24,046 nt of DNA from an uncultured Fidelibacterota bacterium (GCA_913040915.1 CAJWHW010000028.1:1-24046), one strand, 5' to 3'; positions 7,918 through 17,625 are shown, counted from the stretch's first letter. Made by a program: numbers and translations. The notes: generated by a model not told the origin, from the sequence alone.

Positions 7918-9043
7918 GTTTATTATAACAGGAATTTGTACAATTTTTTTATTGAATGGTTGTTCAACGATCAAAAATCTGTTTGGCAAAAGAGGTATTG
8001 GAGACCCTAATGACTCGGATTATTTGAATAATATACAAACCTTGAAAAGTGCCTATCGAGATGGAAATATTCTAGCGCTGGATGAATTGATCCAAATTTA
8101 TGAAGATCCCGAACAAAGCCTGAAAGCCCGAGTTACCGCTGGCAAAACACTAGCCCAGACTCAACATCCAAATGCCCTTACTTCTATTGGTAAAATGGTT
8201 GGCACTACAACAGCTGTGGATTATACACTTTTAAGTGAATCCATTAATATGCTGGGAATGTTTGATGAGAATCCAAAAGCAGCGGAATCATTGGTCCAGG
8301 CGATGCATAAACTGGAAGAGCGAACAAATGAAGTTCATATTTCCCTAGTGAAAAACCTAAACCGTGTTCGTACCAAAGATCAAATATTAGCCTTGCTCGA
8401 TCTCTATGAAGTAGCCAAAGGGAATATGTCTCGCACGGAACGACTATTAACTGAAACTTTGGGAGCTTTTGGGAATGACCAGGTGATCCCCATTTTAACT
8501 AATATTGCCAAGGATCCAAATGCCAATATTGGCGTCAGGAATAATGCGGTCGAAATTCTAGGTAAAAAGAACCCTAACGATGTAGCAATTGCGTTTGCAG
8601 AATTATTGGGTGATCCAAAAACAAATTTAGAAGTTCGAGAATTTGCTCTTAATACCATGAAAGGTGTAAAAGAAGAAAATCTTGTTATTGCTTTGTTGAA
8701 CACTTACAACACAGGCAAATCTCAATACTACAGTCTACTTAATACCATGTTAGCTGCCTTGGGAGAATTCAACGATCCGGAAGTCAAAAAAGCTGTTATT
8801 GAAATCTCTATGAGTAAAGATTACCCCATGGATATTCGTAAAAAAGCAATTGACAACCTTGCCGGATTTAAAGACCCTTCAGTTATAGATGGACTGCTGC
8901 CCATGCTAGAAAAAAAGGAGAACTATATTTATTATGATAATATAATCAATCTTGTTTATTCACTTGGCGAAGAAAAAAAGAATGCAGAAGCAGTCAGGCG
9001 TATGGCCTTCAGGGCACATTATTCAAAGAGGGAACATGAATAA
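7910..9043 (+). CDS. HEAT/PBS-lyase-repeat lipoprotein
   Basis: Lipobox LLNG-C18; helical repeats (ARVTAGKTLAQ, VRNNAVEILGK, VREFALNTM, IRKKAIDNLAG); 8-nt overlap with the upstream gene. Confidence 0.75.
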   Translation: MIKFIITGICTIFLLNGCSTIKNLFGKRGIGDPNDSDYLNNIQTLKSAYRDGNILALDELIQIYEDPEQSLKARVTAGKTLAQTQHPNALTSIGKMVGTTTAVDYTLLSESINMLGMFDENPKAAESLVQAMHKLEERTNEVHISLVKNLNRVRTKDQILALLDLYEVAKGNMSRTERLLTETLGAFGNDQVIPILTNIAKDPNANIGVRNNAVEILGKKNPNDVAIAFAELLGDPKTNLEVREFALNTMKGVKEENLVIALLNTYNTGKSQYYSLLNTMLAALGEFNDPEVKKAVIEISMSKDYPMDIRKKAIDNLAGFKDPSVIDGLLPMLEKKENYIYYDNIINLVYSLGEEKKNAEAVRRMAFRAHYSKREHE

Positions 9044-10097
9044 TTGGCTCCTGAAAAGTATTCTGTTTTTAAGTCTTTTATCGGCAAAAGATAAATTTAC
9101 TGTATCCGGTGTAGTCCGGAACGCAGCAGGTAAAGGAATCAAAAAAGTTGAATTATCCATATTTGATATGGAAGGTGAAGAAGTAAAGACTACCAAATCA
9201 AAAGGTGGAGGCGAATTTAAATTTAAAAAAATTGAGCCCGGAGAATATTCCCTCTATGGATCTCATAAAAAACAGGGAACCGGTGAAATAGACTTTAGAA
9301 TTAAAGATACCCATGTTGAAGTGGAGCTTACAATTGAGCTAGAATCTGAAAAAGAACAGAATTCTAAGGAAGAATTAATAGAGACACCAGTTGATGAATT
9401 TCCAGAAGAGCCTACCAAAAAGTCTGTTTTATTACCTCAGCAAAGAACCCAGCCTACCAAAGCACAATTAAAGTTTGAGGACACATTTTTTGAATATGAG
9501 TCCAACCTTAAAGCATTGAAATCAGAAATTGATTCTTTAAAGAGTGTGGTAAAGGGCTATGAAAAAAAACAGACCATGCCTAATCTGGATCGGAAGATTT
9601 TAGATCTCATTACTATACCAACATTTCAGCACAGGATAGAACTTCAAAATGGAACCGTCGTTTCAGGTGATATACTAGAAGAATCAGATTCTACATTGAT
9701 TCTGCAAACACAGATCGGTAAACTAGTTTTGAAAAAGGAAATGGTGGTCCGAATGGATGAATTTGAACGGCCAGCACCAAAAGTAATCTTTCTGGGCGAT
9801 CCATTTATTGACTATTATCCTGACCGCCAAATCTTTTCAGGACGGATCAAAAATGTAGGCGAAATTCGCGCTGATTTCGTCCGCGTGATTGGGAATTTAT
9901 TTGACCAAACTACAACAAATTCTGGTACGGACTCTGTTTTTGTAAAAGGCACCAGAATTGTTTATGAGACAAATGTAGTAGCTGATACAGCCCTCGAGCC
10001 TGGACAGACTGCAAGTTATACATTGACTATCCCAATAAAAAAAGGACGAAAAGTTCAATATCATACCATGGATATACATTGGGATGAAACACAGTAA
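9036..10097 (+). CDS. exported multidomain protein (carboxypeptidase-regulatory-like Ig domain, coiled coil, small beta domain, FxLYD-like domain)
   Basis: Start moved to Met29 of the listed ORF (AGAGGG upstream, signal peptide MNNWLLKSILFLSLLSA, 8-nt overlap with the previous gene). Segments: VSGVVRNAAGKGIKKVEL...GEFKFKKIEPGEYSL; heptad LKALKSEIDSLKSVV; GRIKNVGEIRADFVRVIGNLFD...LEPGQTASY. Confidence 0.65.
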   Translation: MNNWLLKSILFLSLLSAKDKFTVSGVVRNAAGKGIKKVELSIFDMEGEEVKTTKSKGGGEFKFKKIEPGEYSLYGSHKKQGTGEIDFRIKDTHVEVELTIELESEKEQNSKEELIETPVDEFPEEPTKKSVLLPQQRTQPTKAQLKFEDTFFEYESNLKALKSEIDSLKSVVKGYEKKQTMPNLDRKILDLITIPTFQHRIELQNGTVVSGDILEESDSTLILQTQIGKLVLKKEMVVRMDEFERPAPKVIFLGDPFIDYYPDRQIFSGRIKNVGEIRADFVRVIGNLFDQTTTNSGTDSVFVKGTRIVYETNVVADTALEPGQTASYTLTIPIKKGRKVQYHTMDIHWDETQ

Positions 10098-10242
10098 AAT
10101 AATGAAAGATGCTTTATCTTTTTCTTTTCATTTTATTTCATCAATATTTTTTATTCATGGCCGAAATGACCACTCTATAGATTTTTCTGACATCTCCGGA
10201 TTCAAGACTCTCATCTGATTTTATAATCTATTTCAATGGAAA

Positions 10243-12738
10243 ATGAAGGAATCCAAAAATAAAATTGTCCTGGCTGTTTATTATTTTTGCCTGATGCAAA
10301 CTGTATTGGCTAAAGGAAACAACCAAAATATTGTTACAGGAACTGTACTCGATTCCACAACCAATAAACCTATTGAATATGCATCCATATCTCTTATAGA
10401 AACATCCACAGGCATTATTACCACCGGAGGAATTACGAATCCACAAGGTAGATTCTTTATTGATAAAATACCAGACGGACAATATTCAGCTATTGTAGAA
10501 TATATTGGCTATAAAAAATATAAAATAGATTCAATCATCTTTCAGAAAGAGACCCAAAAAGATCTAAACACTATTTATCTTTCAATTGCCAACATTCAGA
10601 TGGATGAAGTAGCTGCGTTTGGTGAACGGCCACAAATAATTCAAACCATGGAAAAAAAAGTTTTCAATATAGATGAAAGCCTCACACTCATTGGCGGGTC
10701 AGCAACTGATGCTTTGAAAAAAGTTCCATCTGTAGATGTAGACATTGACGGCAATATAAGTCTCCGTGGTGATCCAAATGTGACGTTACTCATTAATGGA
10801 AAACTCAGTGGTTTTACACAGGGAGATAGAAGAGTCACAGTAGATAATTTACCTGCAGCTATGATTGAAAGAATTGAAGTGATTACAAATCCTTCTGCCA
10901 AGTATGATCCGGATGGTATGGGCGGTATTGTAAATTTAATTTTAAAGCGAGGAAAATTTGAAGGTCTCAATGGCAATGCATTAATGTCCGCAGGACAATA
11001 TGATAAATACAATATTTCTGGAATGGTGAATTACCGTCGTTCAATTATCAATCTATATACCAATACAAGTTTAAGGCTTGATAATCAATTAGGGATGGGC
11101 AAAAGAACATTTACCTATAAATATCCTAACTATATAACATCAATCTATCAGGAAACGATTCGAGGGAAAAAACCAATTACAGGGGTAATAAAAATCGGTA
11201 GCGATTTTTTCTTATCGGATCAAAAAACACTTTCTTTCAGTTCAATCTACAGCCAGTATGAGCACCAAACGAATGATACAATCCTTACAACCGGTTATGT
11301 GGATTTTGAACAATATTCTGAAAAAAGGAGTAATGGGTTTAATCTAAGTTTTAACGGAGGATATACCCAGAATTTTGACCATCCTATCCGTAGAATGAGT
11401 ATGGAAGCTTCCTATTCACATGCTGGTGATGGATCAGACTCTTATTTTGGTAGAAATAATTCTGCTGCAATATCTGGTTTAGGCGGCAGTAGCTGGGAAG
11501 ATGAAAATATCGATAATACAGTGTTAACTTTTGATTACACTTTCCCAATCCAAGATAAGATAATTATTGAAAGTGGAATAAAAAATACTGTCAGTCGTTT
11601 TAGATCCGTATTGGATTATGTCCATAACCCCTACCGCTACCACTATAATGAAGATCTATTTTCAGGTTATATTACGATGGCTCATGAACACTCTAAACGT
11701 ATTGGGTTTAAAACGGGATTGCGTATGGAGCAGGTTTACACAGATGCAAAAGTAGAAGAGATTCCTCATGTCCATGACCACGATGATTCTACAAATGTAT
11801 TTACTGTTGTGATCGATTCAACAGTTGCAAAATCACCTTTTAAAAATCCATACTTTAAAATTTATCCTAGTGCTTATTTTCTTTATTCATTGGATGAGTC
11901 ATCCCAAATACAAATTGGCTACAGCAAGAGGGTTAACAGACCGCGACGCGAATCATTAAATCCATTTCCAAAAAACACATTTGACATCTACCATGTTCGA
12001 AATGGAAATCCGTATTTAATGCCTGAATTCATTGACATCATGGAATTGAACTATTCAAAAATTTCGGATCGTTTTTCTTTCAATACTGGTTTTTATTATA
12101 AGCATGTTGTGTCCCTCATCCAATGGTATGACCATGATTTTGTAACTGTCGGAGATCTGAAGTATGAACTAATCACTTCTGACAATGCAGGTGAGGCGGA
12201 TTCTTACGGAATGGAGTTTCTCATAAATTATCGACCGATAAATAATTTGAGTATGATGCTCAATTTAAATTCCTGGCACTCTAACGCATACGGAGCTGGC
12301 GAGCCTGACCTGAATGGAAAAACAATTGGTTATTTTTCTTACGGACTGGTATCCTATTCAATACCGGGTGTTGCAAAAATTGAATTATCCGGTAGGTACC
12401 GCGGCCCGATGACTATCACCACTGGGAAGATTAAAAGTTCATTTTATTGTGACCTAGCCATTCAAAAATCATTATTAAATAATCAGTTAGGTTTAACTCT
12501 AAATATTAAGGATCTCTTTGATAGTGGTATTTTTAATATTAAAACAAGTCAAATGATTTATAATCCAACATCAAGTGTAACTTATGAACAGATTATGTCT
12601 GCCGAACGCCGCAGAGATCGAAGAAGTATTTTAATTTCATTAAATTATAATTTTGGAAAGTTAGAAAAATCTCAAACAAAGATAAGTCCAAAAAAGATAA
12701 ACCATCATGATGGGAATGAAATTGAAATGATTTATTAA
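10243..12738 (+). CDS. TonB-dependent receptor-like outer-membrane beta-barrel (OMP_b-brl_3 type), paralog 1
   Basis: N-terminal CarboxypepD_reg-like domain (VTGTVLDSTTNKPIEYASISL); plug motifs VPSVDVDIDGNISLRG and IERIEVITNPSAKYDPDG.GGIVN; barrel motifs YSKRVNRP, GNPYLMPE and LNYNFGK. Confidence 0.9.
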   Translation: MKESKNKIVLAVYYFCLMQTVLAKGNNQNIVTGTVLDSTTNKPIEYASISLIETSTGIITTGGITNPQGRFFIDKIPDGQYSAIVEYIGYKKYKIDSIIFQKETQKDLNTIYLSIANIQMDEVAAFGERPQIIQTMEKKVFNIDESLTLIGGSATDALKKVPSVDVDIDGNISLRGDPNVTLLINGKLSGFTQGDRRVTVDNLPAAMIERIEVITNPSAKYDPDGMGGIVNLILKRGKFEGLNGNALMSAGQYDKYNISGMVNYRRSIINLYTNTSLRLDNQLGMGKRTFTYKYPNYITSIYQETIRGKKPITGVIKIGSDFFLSDQKTLSFSSIYSQYEHQTNDTILTTGYVDFEQYSEKRSNGFNLSFNGGYTQNFDHPIRRMSMEASYSHAGDGSDSYFGRNNSAAISGLGGSSWEDENIDNTVLTFDYTFPIQDKIIIESGIKNTVSRFRSVLDYVHNPYRYHYNEDLFSGYITMAHEHSKRIGFKTGLRMEQVYTDAKVEEIPHVHDHDDSTNVFTVVIDSTVAKSPFKNPYFKIYPSAYFLYSLDESSQIQIGYSKRVNRPRRESLNPFPKNTFDIYHVRNGNPYLMPEFIDIMELNYSKISDRFSFNTGFYYKHVVSLIQWYDHDFVTVGDLKYELITSDNAGEADSYGMEFLINYRPINNLSMMLNLNSWHSNAYGAGEPDLNGKTIGYFSYGLVSYSIPGVAKIELSGRYRGPMTITTGKIKSSFYCDLAIQKSLLNNQLGLTLNIKDLFDSGIFNIKTSQMIYNPTSSVTYEQIMSAERRRDRRSILISLNYNFGKLEKSQTKISPKKINHHDGNEIEMIY

Positions 12739-12865
12739 ATATTATTATTAATGATTTAACTTTTAAGCGTGAAATAAGTCTAATGCGTTTAGTTAGATAA
12801 AACATCCATCATATTTTTTTCTATTATTTCAAACATAATTAATTCACAATAAATAGGATTCTAAA

Positions 12866-15445
12866 TTGTTAAAACAAATTTTACCAGGTTTACTCTGTCT
12901 ATACCTGTTCCCGTCTGCATTTGCACATAAAGATCATTCTCATAAACCCAAAATGCCTGCCATAGGTATAGTTCAAGGTACCATTATTGATTCAGTCACT
13001 TCGGAGCCCATAGAATATGCTTCAGTTTCATTAGTCAATTTAGAGCATAATGAATTGGTAACTGGCGGGCTCACTAATAAAAATGGTCGGCTGAATATTA
13101 CTGAAATTCCACTAGGCAGATATGTCGCGGTCATTGAGTTCATTGGCTACGGTAAAAAAGAAGTTAGTCCTATAAACCTATTTCCGGGAGAAGGCGGCGG
13201 AATAAGGCATAATCTTGGGATAGTTAAGCTAAGTGTTTCTGCTGTGAATATGGAAGCAGTTGAAGTTGTTGGTGAAGAAAGCGTATTTGTTCAAACAATC
13301 GATAAAAAAATATTCAATGTCGGACGGGATTTATCATCTTCAGGAGGAACTGGTTCAGATGTCCTAAGAAAAATTCCTTCTGTGGATGTAGATATTGATG
13401 GGGTTGTTTCCATTGCGGGTGATGCAAATGTGACCATTCTTGTGGATGGGAAAAGAAGTGGCAGAACTGGTAGCGGCAGACGTGGTGAAGTTGAAAATAT
13501 CCCTGCATCAATGATTGAAAAAGTTGAAGTAATTACCAACCCTTCTGCGAAGTATGATCCGGACGGTGTGGGTGGGATCATCAATATTGTCTTGAAACGC
13601 GGTGCTTTGGATGGCTTCAACGGTAATGTCTCTGCTATGGGAGGCCAATACAACCAACAGAATATAAACAGTAATGTAAATTTTCGTACAGATAAATTGA
13701 ATCTGTTTACCAGTGCCAATTTCAGGACTGGAGACAGAGTCGGAGACGGTATAAGACAATTCCAATATGTTTATAGCGATGAAAATGGAATGATAACAGA
13801 AATAGATTCTTTATTTCAGGAAACAAGTCGCACACGAACGCCGGATAATCTGGGCTTTAGAATTGGCGGAGATTATTACCCATCCGAGTCCAGTACGCTG
13901 GGTTATACCTTTGACATCTCTGAACATAAGGAATTAGAAATAGAGCAATTTGATTACGAAGCTAATACGTTTAATCCGGAAATGGTTGGCCGCACATTTC
14001 GTACAGAAGAGAACGATAATGGGAACCATATGGATCATGTATTGTCTTATGAAAACAAATTTGATTCCCAGGAACAATTATTAAAAGCTTATGTAAGCTA
14101 TTCCCATGAGATAGACGATGTCCATGAGCAAGGCAATGGTGGTTCCAGTTCTTATTCAGTAGATAATAAAGCATCCACTGCAAAAGAAAAAAATGACAAT
14201 CTCACACTATCAATTGATTATGAAGATGAGTTTGGAGACAATTTAGGGATCGAAGTCGGAGCAAAAGCAACGTTAAGAGACTTTGGAACAGATCTTAATT
14301 ATTTGGATGAAGACTACATCAATAAATATGATGAAGATATTTATGCAGCCTACCTCGTAACCAGATATGACCTTACGGACCGTTTTGGCCTGAAAATAGG
14401 AGCAAGATATGAAAAGGTTAATACCTTTGCAGAACTAACCGGCTCCACTGAACATGACTCAAGCAACATCATAACAACAATTTTTGATAATGCTATTCAA
14501 GAATCACCGTTCGATAATCCATATAATAAAGTTTACCCAAGCGCATTCCTTCTATACAAATTGAATGAAAAACAAAATTTACAATTCGGATATTCGAAGA
14601 AGGTTAATCGACCAAATAGGCGTACGCTAAGTCCATTCCCCAGAAGTACTCAGGATATAACCAGACTTAGAAATGGAAACCCATTCCTTAAGCCGGAATA
14701 TAGTGACGTAATGGAACTGACCTTTTCTAGTAACTCTAGAAAAATAAATTTGAATCTAACTGGTTCCTATAAGAATACAACCGATGTGATTATGTGGTGG
14801 GACCGAGACTATATAGAATTTATTGATACTGCTAGAGTAGGTGGGCCAGATACAACTACATATGAAATCCTCACCGCTGGCAATGCTGAAAATTCTAAAA
14901 GTATGAATATAAATGGAAATATCATGTACAGGCCTATGCCGTTGGTCAGTCTTATGGTCTGGGGTTATGGCTGGGATTCTGAAACAAAGGATTCTGATAA
15001 GAATGAATCAGACTTCAATGGCACTTCAAGAGGTATGGGCCTAGGAGGGAGATTAACTTTGAATATTCCAACAGTCGCCCGTATTGAACTTTCAGGAAAT
15101 GGCCGTGGTAATATGAAAATAACAACCGGGACGATACCGGCAAACTTTCGCTGCAATCTAGCCATCCAAAAATCATTTCTACAAAATCGATTAACTATCA
15201 CTGCTAAGTTCAATGATATTTTTGATTCTGGTAAATTTATTATCGATACCGAGAATGAAGTCACAAACAGCAGAACTAAGGAAACCTATATTCAGAGAAT
15301 GTATGCAGAACGCCAGAGGCAGAAACGAAATTACTCTCTTGTATTAAATTATAATTTTGGGAAACAGCAAAGAAAAAAATGGAACAGGAGTAATTTTAGT
15401 GGTCGCTCAGGTGGTATGGGCGGCGGTATGGATATGGATTATTAA
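12866..15445 (+). CDS. TonB-dependent receptor-like outer-membrane beta-barrel (OMP_b-brl_3 type), paralog 2
   Basis: TTG start after AGGA; signal peptide ending AFA; same plug and barrel motifs as paralog 1 (IEKVEVITNPSAKYDPDG, YSKKVNRP, GNPFLKPE, LNYNFGK). Confidence 0.9.
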   Translation: MLKQILPGLLCLYLFPSAFAHKDHSHKPKMPAIGIVQGTIIDSVTSEPIEYASVSLVNLEHNELVTGGLTNKNGRLNITEIPLGRYVAVIEFIGYGKKEVSPINLFPGEGGGIRHNLGIVKLSVSAVNMEAVEVVGEESVFVQTIDKKIFNVGRDLSSSGGTGSDVLRKIPSVDVDIDGVVSIAGDANVTILVDGKRSGRTGSGRRGEVENIPASMIEKVEVITNPSAKYDPDGVGGIINIVLKRGALDGFNGNVSAMGGQYNQQNINSNVNFRTDKLNLFTSANFRTGDRVGDGIRQFQYVYSDENGMITEIDSLFQETSRTRTPDNLGFRIGGDYYPSESSTLGYTFDISEHKELEIEQFDYEANTFNPEMVGRTFRTEENDNGNHMDHVLSYENKFDSQEQLLKAYVSYSHEIDDVHEQGNGGSSSYSVDNKASTAKEKNDNLTLSIDYEDEFGDNLGIEVGAKATLRDFGTDLNYLDEDYINKYDEDIYAAYLVTRYDLTDRFGLKIGARYEKVNTFAELTGSTEHDSSNIITTIFDNAIQESPFDNPYNKVYPSAFLLYKLNEKQNLQFGYSKKVNRPNRRTLSPFPRSTQDITRLRNGNPFLKPEYSDVMELTFSSNSRKINLNLTGSYKNTTDVIMWWDRDYIEFIDTARVGGPDTTTYEILTAGNAENSKSMNINGNIMYRPMPLVSLMVWGYGWDSETKDSDKNESDFNGTSRGMGLGGRLTLNIPTVARIELSGNGRGNMKITTGTIPANFRCNLAIQKSFLQNRLTITAKFNDIFDSGKFIIDTENEVTNSRTKETYIQRMYAERQRQKRNYSLVLNYNFGKQQRKKWNRSNFSGRSGGMGGGMDMDY

Positions 15446-15446
15446 T

Positions 15447-17147
15447 CTATGGTAGTCTGATACGCTCTACCATATCCCGGATATCATTTGGAATTTGCGG
15501 ACTTCGTTTTGAAACCAAGTGAGCAACAATAAAATTTACTACTGCACCCACAGCACCAAATGCATTGGGTTCAATACCGAAAAACCAGTTCGCCTCCATT
15601 CCTCCTAAAAACGATGTTGACTGAATAAACATTATTCCTTTATGCTGGAACACATATAATAATGTGACTCCAATCCCTGCTAACATGCCCGCTATTGCAC
15701 CTTCTTTATTCATTGTAATAGAAAAAATGCCCATCATCAACGCTGGGAATATGGATGAGGCTGCCAGTCCAAAAGCTAAAGCAACAGTTCCGGCTGCAAA
15801 ATCAGGCGGATTAAACCCAAAATAGCCTGCAACTGCGATTGATGCTGCCATTGCAATTCTACTCGCTCTTAGTTCATCCTTCTCTGATATATCTGGCCTA
15901 AATACACCTTTTAATAGATCATGAGATATAGAAGAAGAAATAGCCAGCAATAATCCTGCTGCAGTTGATAGGGCTGCCGCAAGTCCTCCTGCAGCAACCA
16001 AAGCAATCACCCAATTTGGCAAACCAGCAATCTCAGGATTTGCTAAAACCATAATGTCTCGGTCTACTTTTACCATTTCATTTGAATCTGTGCCGGTATA
16101 CTCAATTAGACCATCATTATTTTTATCTTCAAACTTCAATAATCCAGTTTTTTCCCAGTTTCTAAACCAGGGAGGACGGTCACTATAAGCCAGATTATTT
16201 TCTTTCGTGGGTTGATCAATCGTGGTCATCAAGTTTAGCCGAGCCATGGCTGCCACAGCAGGTGCTGTTGTATATAGGATTGCAATAAACACCAGAGCCC
16301 ATCCAGCGGATGACCTAGCCGCTTTAACCGATGGAACTGTGAAAAATCTCATAATCACATGAGGCAGTCCCGCAGTACCAATCATTAAAGATAGAGTATA
16401 AAAAAACATATTAAATAAACTTAGGCGTTTACTGGTAGTATATTCCTTGAATCCAAGCTCGGTGACAATCTGGTCCAGTTTATCCAATAAATATGATCCG
16501 TCTTCTAAGGTGCTTCCTAACCCAAGCTGAGGAATTAGATTACCTGTCAACATGAACGAAATAAAGATAGCTGGTATCGTATAGGCAATGATCATAATGA
16601 CATATTGAGCAATCTGCGTGTATGTAATACCCTTCATCCCTCCCATAACAGCATAAATAAAAACAATCACCATTCCCACTGTTAAACCTTGATCATAATC
16701 CACTTCTAAAAATCTAGAGAATGCAACACCTATACCTTTCATTTGTCCAATCACATAGGTTACAGAAGCAATGATAAGACAGACAACTGCCACAACTCGT
16801 GCAGTCTTGGAATAATAACGATCACTTATAAATTCAGGGACGGTAAAAGTGCCGTGTTTCCGAAGATAGGGAGCTATCAAGAGTGCCAGTAGTACGTAAC
16901 CACCGGTCCAGCCCATTAAAAATACTGAACCTCCATATCCAAAAAAGGAAATTAAACCCGCCATAGAAATAAAAGATGCTGCTGACATCCAATCAGCTGC
17001 TGTAGCCATACCGTTTGCAACCGGATGGATATCACCTCCTGCTACATAGAATTCATTTGTGCTGCGGGCTCTCGCCCAGAATGCAATACCTATGTAGATT
17101 GCAAATGTAATTCCAACAATGATAAAAGTAAGGATTTTCAGGGACAT
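15447..17147 (-). CDS. actP: sodium:solute symporter, ActP-like cation/acetate permease
   Basis: Motifs NGMATAADWMSAASFIS, GWTGGYVLLALLIAPYLRK, GGMKGITYTQ, GTAGLPHVIMRFFTV and AAALSTAAGLLL; polytopic; lies downstream of a DUF4212 gene. Substrate inferred from the family only. Confidence 0.85.
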   Translation of the reverse strand: MSLKILTFIIVGITFAIYIGIAFWARARSTNEFYVAGGDIHPVANGMATAADWMSAASFISMAGLISFFGYGGSVFLMGWTGGYVLLALLIAPYLRKHGTFTVPEFISDRYYSKTARVVAVVCLIIASVTYVIGQMKGIGVAFSRFLEVDYDQGLTVGMVIVFIYAVMGGMKGITYTQIAQYVIMIIAYTIPAIFISFMLTGNLIPQLGLGSTLEDGSYLLDKLDQIVTELGFKEYTTSKRLSLFNMFFYTLSLMIGTAGLPHVIMRFFTVPSVKAARSSAGWALVFIAILYTTAPAVAAMARLNLMTTIDQPTKENNLAYSDRPPWFRNWEKTGLLKFEDKNNDGLIEYTGTDSNEMVKVDRDIMVLANPEIAGLPNWVIALVAAGGLAAALSTAAGLLLAISSSISHDLLKGVFRPDISEKDELRASRIAMAASIAVAGYFGFNPPDFAAGTVALAFGLAASSIFPALMMGIFSITMNKEGAIAGMLAGIGVTLLYVFQHKGIMFIQSTSFLGGMEANWFFGIEPNAFGAVGAVVNFIVAHLVSKRSPQIPNDIRDMVERIRLP

Positions 17148-17165
17148 CTTTTAATATTTGGGTTC

Positions 17166-17417
17166 TTAAGTTTCAGGCGGTTTATATTTTTTATCAATCT
17201 CTCCTATCTTAAATGCATAATAAAAAATAAGAAGGACAAAAACATAGATAGAACCTTGCTGCGCAAACCAAAAGCCCAGTTTATATCCTGCTATTCTGAT
17301 TGAATTCAACTGATCAACCATTACAATACTGAATATATAGGAAATGATAAACCAGATAGACAGGCACCGTATAATTAGGGTTAAATTTTCTTTCCAGTAC
17401 CTTTGGTCTTTAGACAT
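17166..17417 (-). CDS. DUF4212 small membrane partner of the SSS transporter
   Basis: YWKENL...LSIWF...GYKLGFWFAQQGSIYVFVLLIFYYA is the DUF4212 signature, in its usual position directly upstream of the ActP-like gene. Confidence 0.9.
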   Translation of the reverse strand: MSKDQRYWKENLTLIIRCLSIWFIISYIFSIVMVDQLNSIRIAGYKLGFWFAQQGSIYVFVLLIFYYAFKIGEIDKKYKPPET

Positions 17418-17434
17418 GAATATTTATACTTTTA

Positions 17435-17575
17435 TTAAAATTGAAAAGATTTCTTGAGTAAGTAACTTACAAAAGATAGGATCACTGCAGCAGAAACGTC
17501 AGCAATCGGGTGTGCTCCGGGAAAACCAAAGTTCCAAAGAATTACCCCCAATAGCCAAATCAAATAAACTTTCAA
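17435..17575 (-). CDS. small two-helix membrane protein (46 aa), not in the ORF track
   Basis: TTG start: MKVYLIWLLGVILWNFGFPGAHPIADVSAAVILSFVSYLLKKSFQF*. Helix-loop-helix with a basic C-terminus, co-oriented with its neighbours, stop 17 nt before the DUF4212 ATG. Confidence 0.7.
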   Translation of the reverse strand: MKVYLIWLLGVILWNFGFPGAHPIADVSAAVILSFVSYLLKKSFQF

Positions 17576-17625
17576 ATCAGGGTAATATTACAAAATAATT
17601 TCAGAAGGTGAACTTTTTAAATTCT

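Noticed and set aside
8952..9035. Listed upstream start of the 381-aa ORF
   Set aside because: It lies deep inside the HEAT gene; Met at 9036 has an SD-like sequence and begins a signal peptide.
10102..10218. 38-aa ORF MKDALSFSFHFISSIFFIHGRNDHSIDFSDISGFKTLI before receptor 1
   Set aside because: Low-complexity T-rich sequence with no SD and no recognisable motif; consistent with chance.
12739..12865. Fur/Zur box between the two receptor genes
   Set aside because: Only generic AT-rich ATT/AAT runs; no convincing dyad.
12926..12934. ATCUN motif at the mature N-terminus of receptor 2
   Set aside because: ATCUN needs His at position 3; predicted cleavage after AFA gives H-K-D.
17458..17470. 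Palindrome GTAAGT-A-ACTTAC upstream of DUF4212
   Set aside because: Only 6-bp arms and inside the probable microprotein coding sequence; chance is likely.
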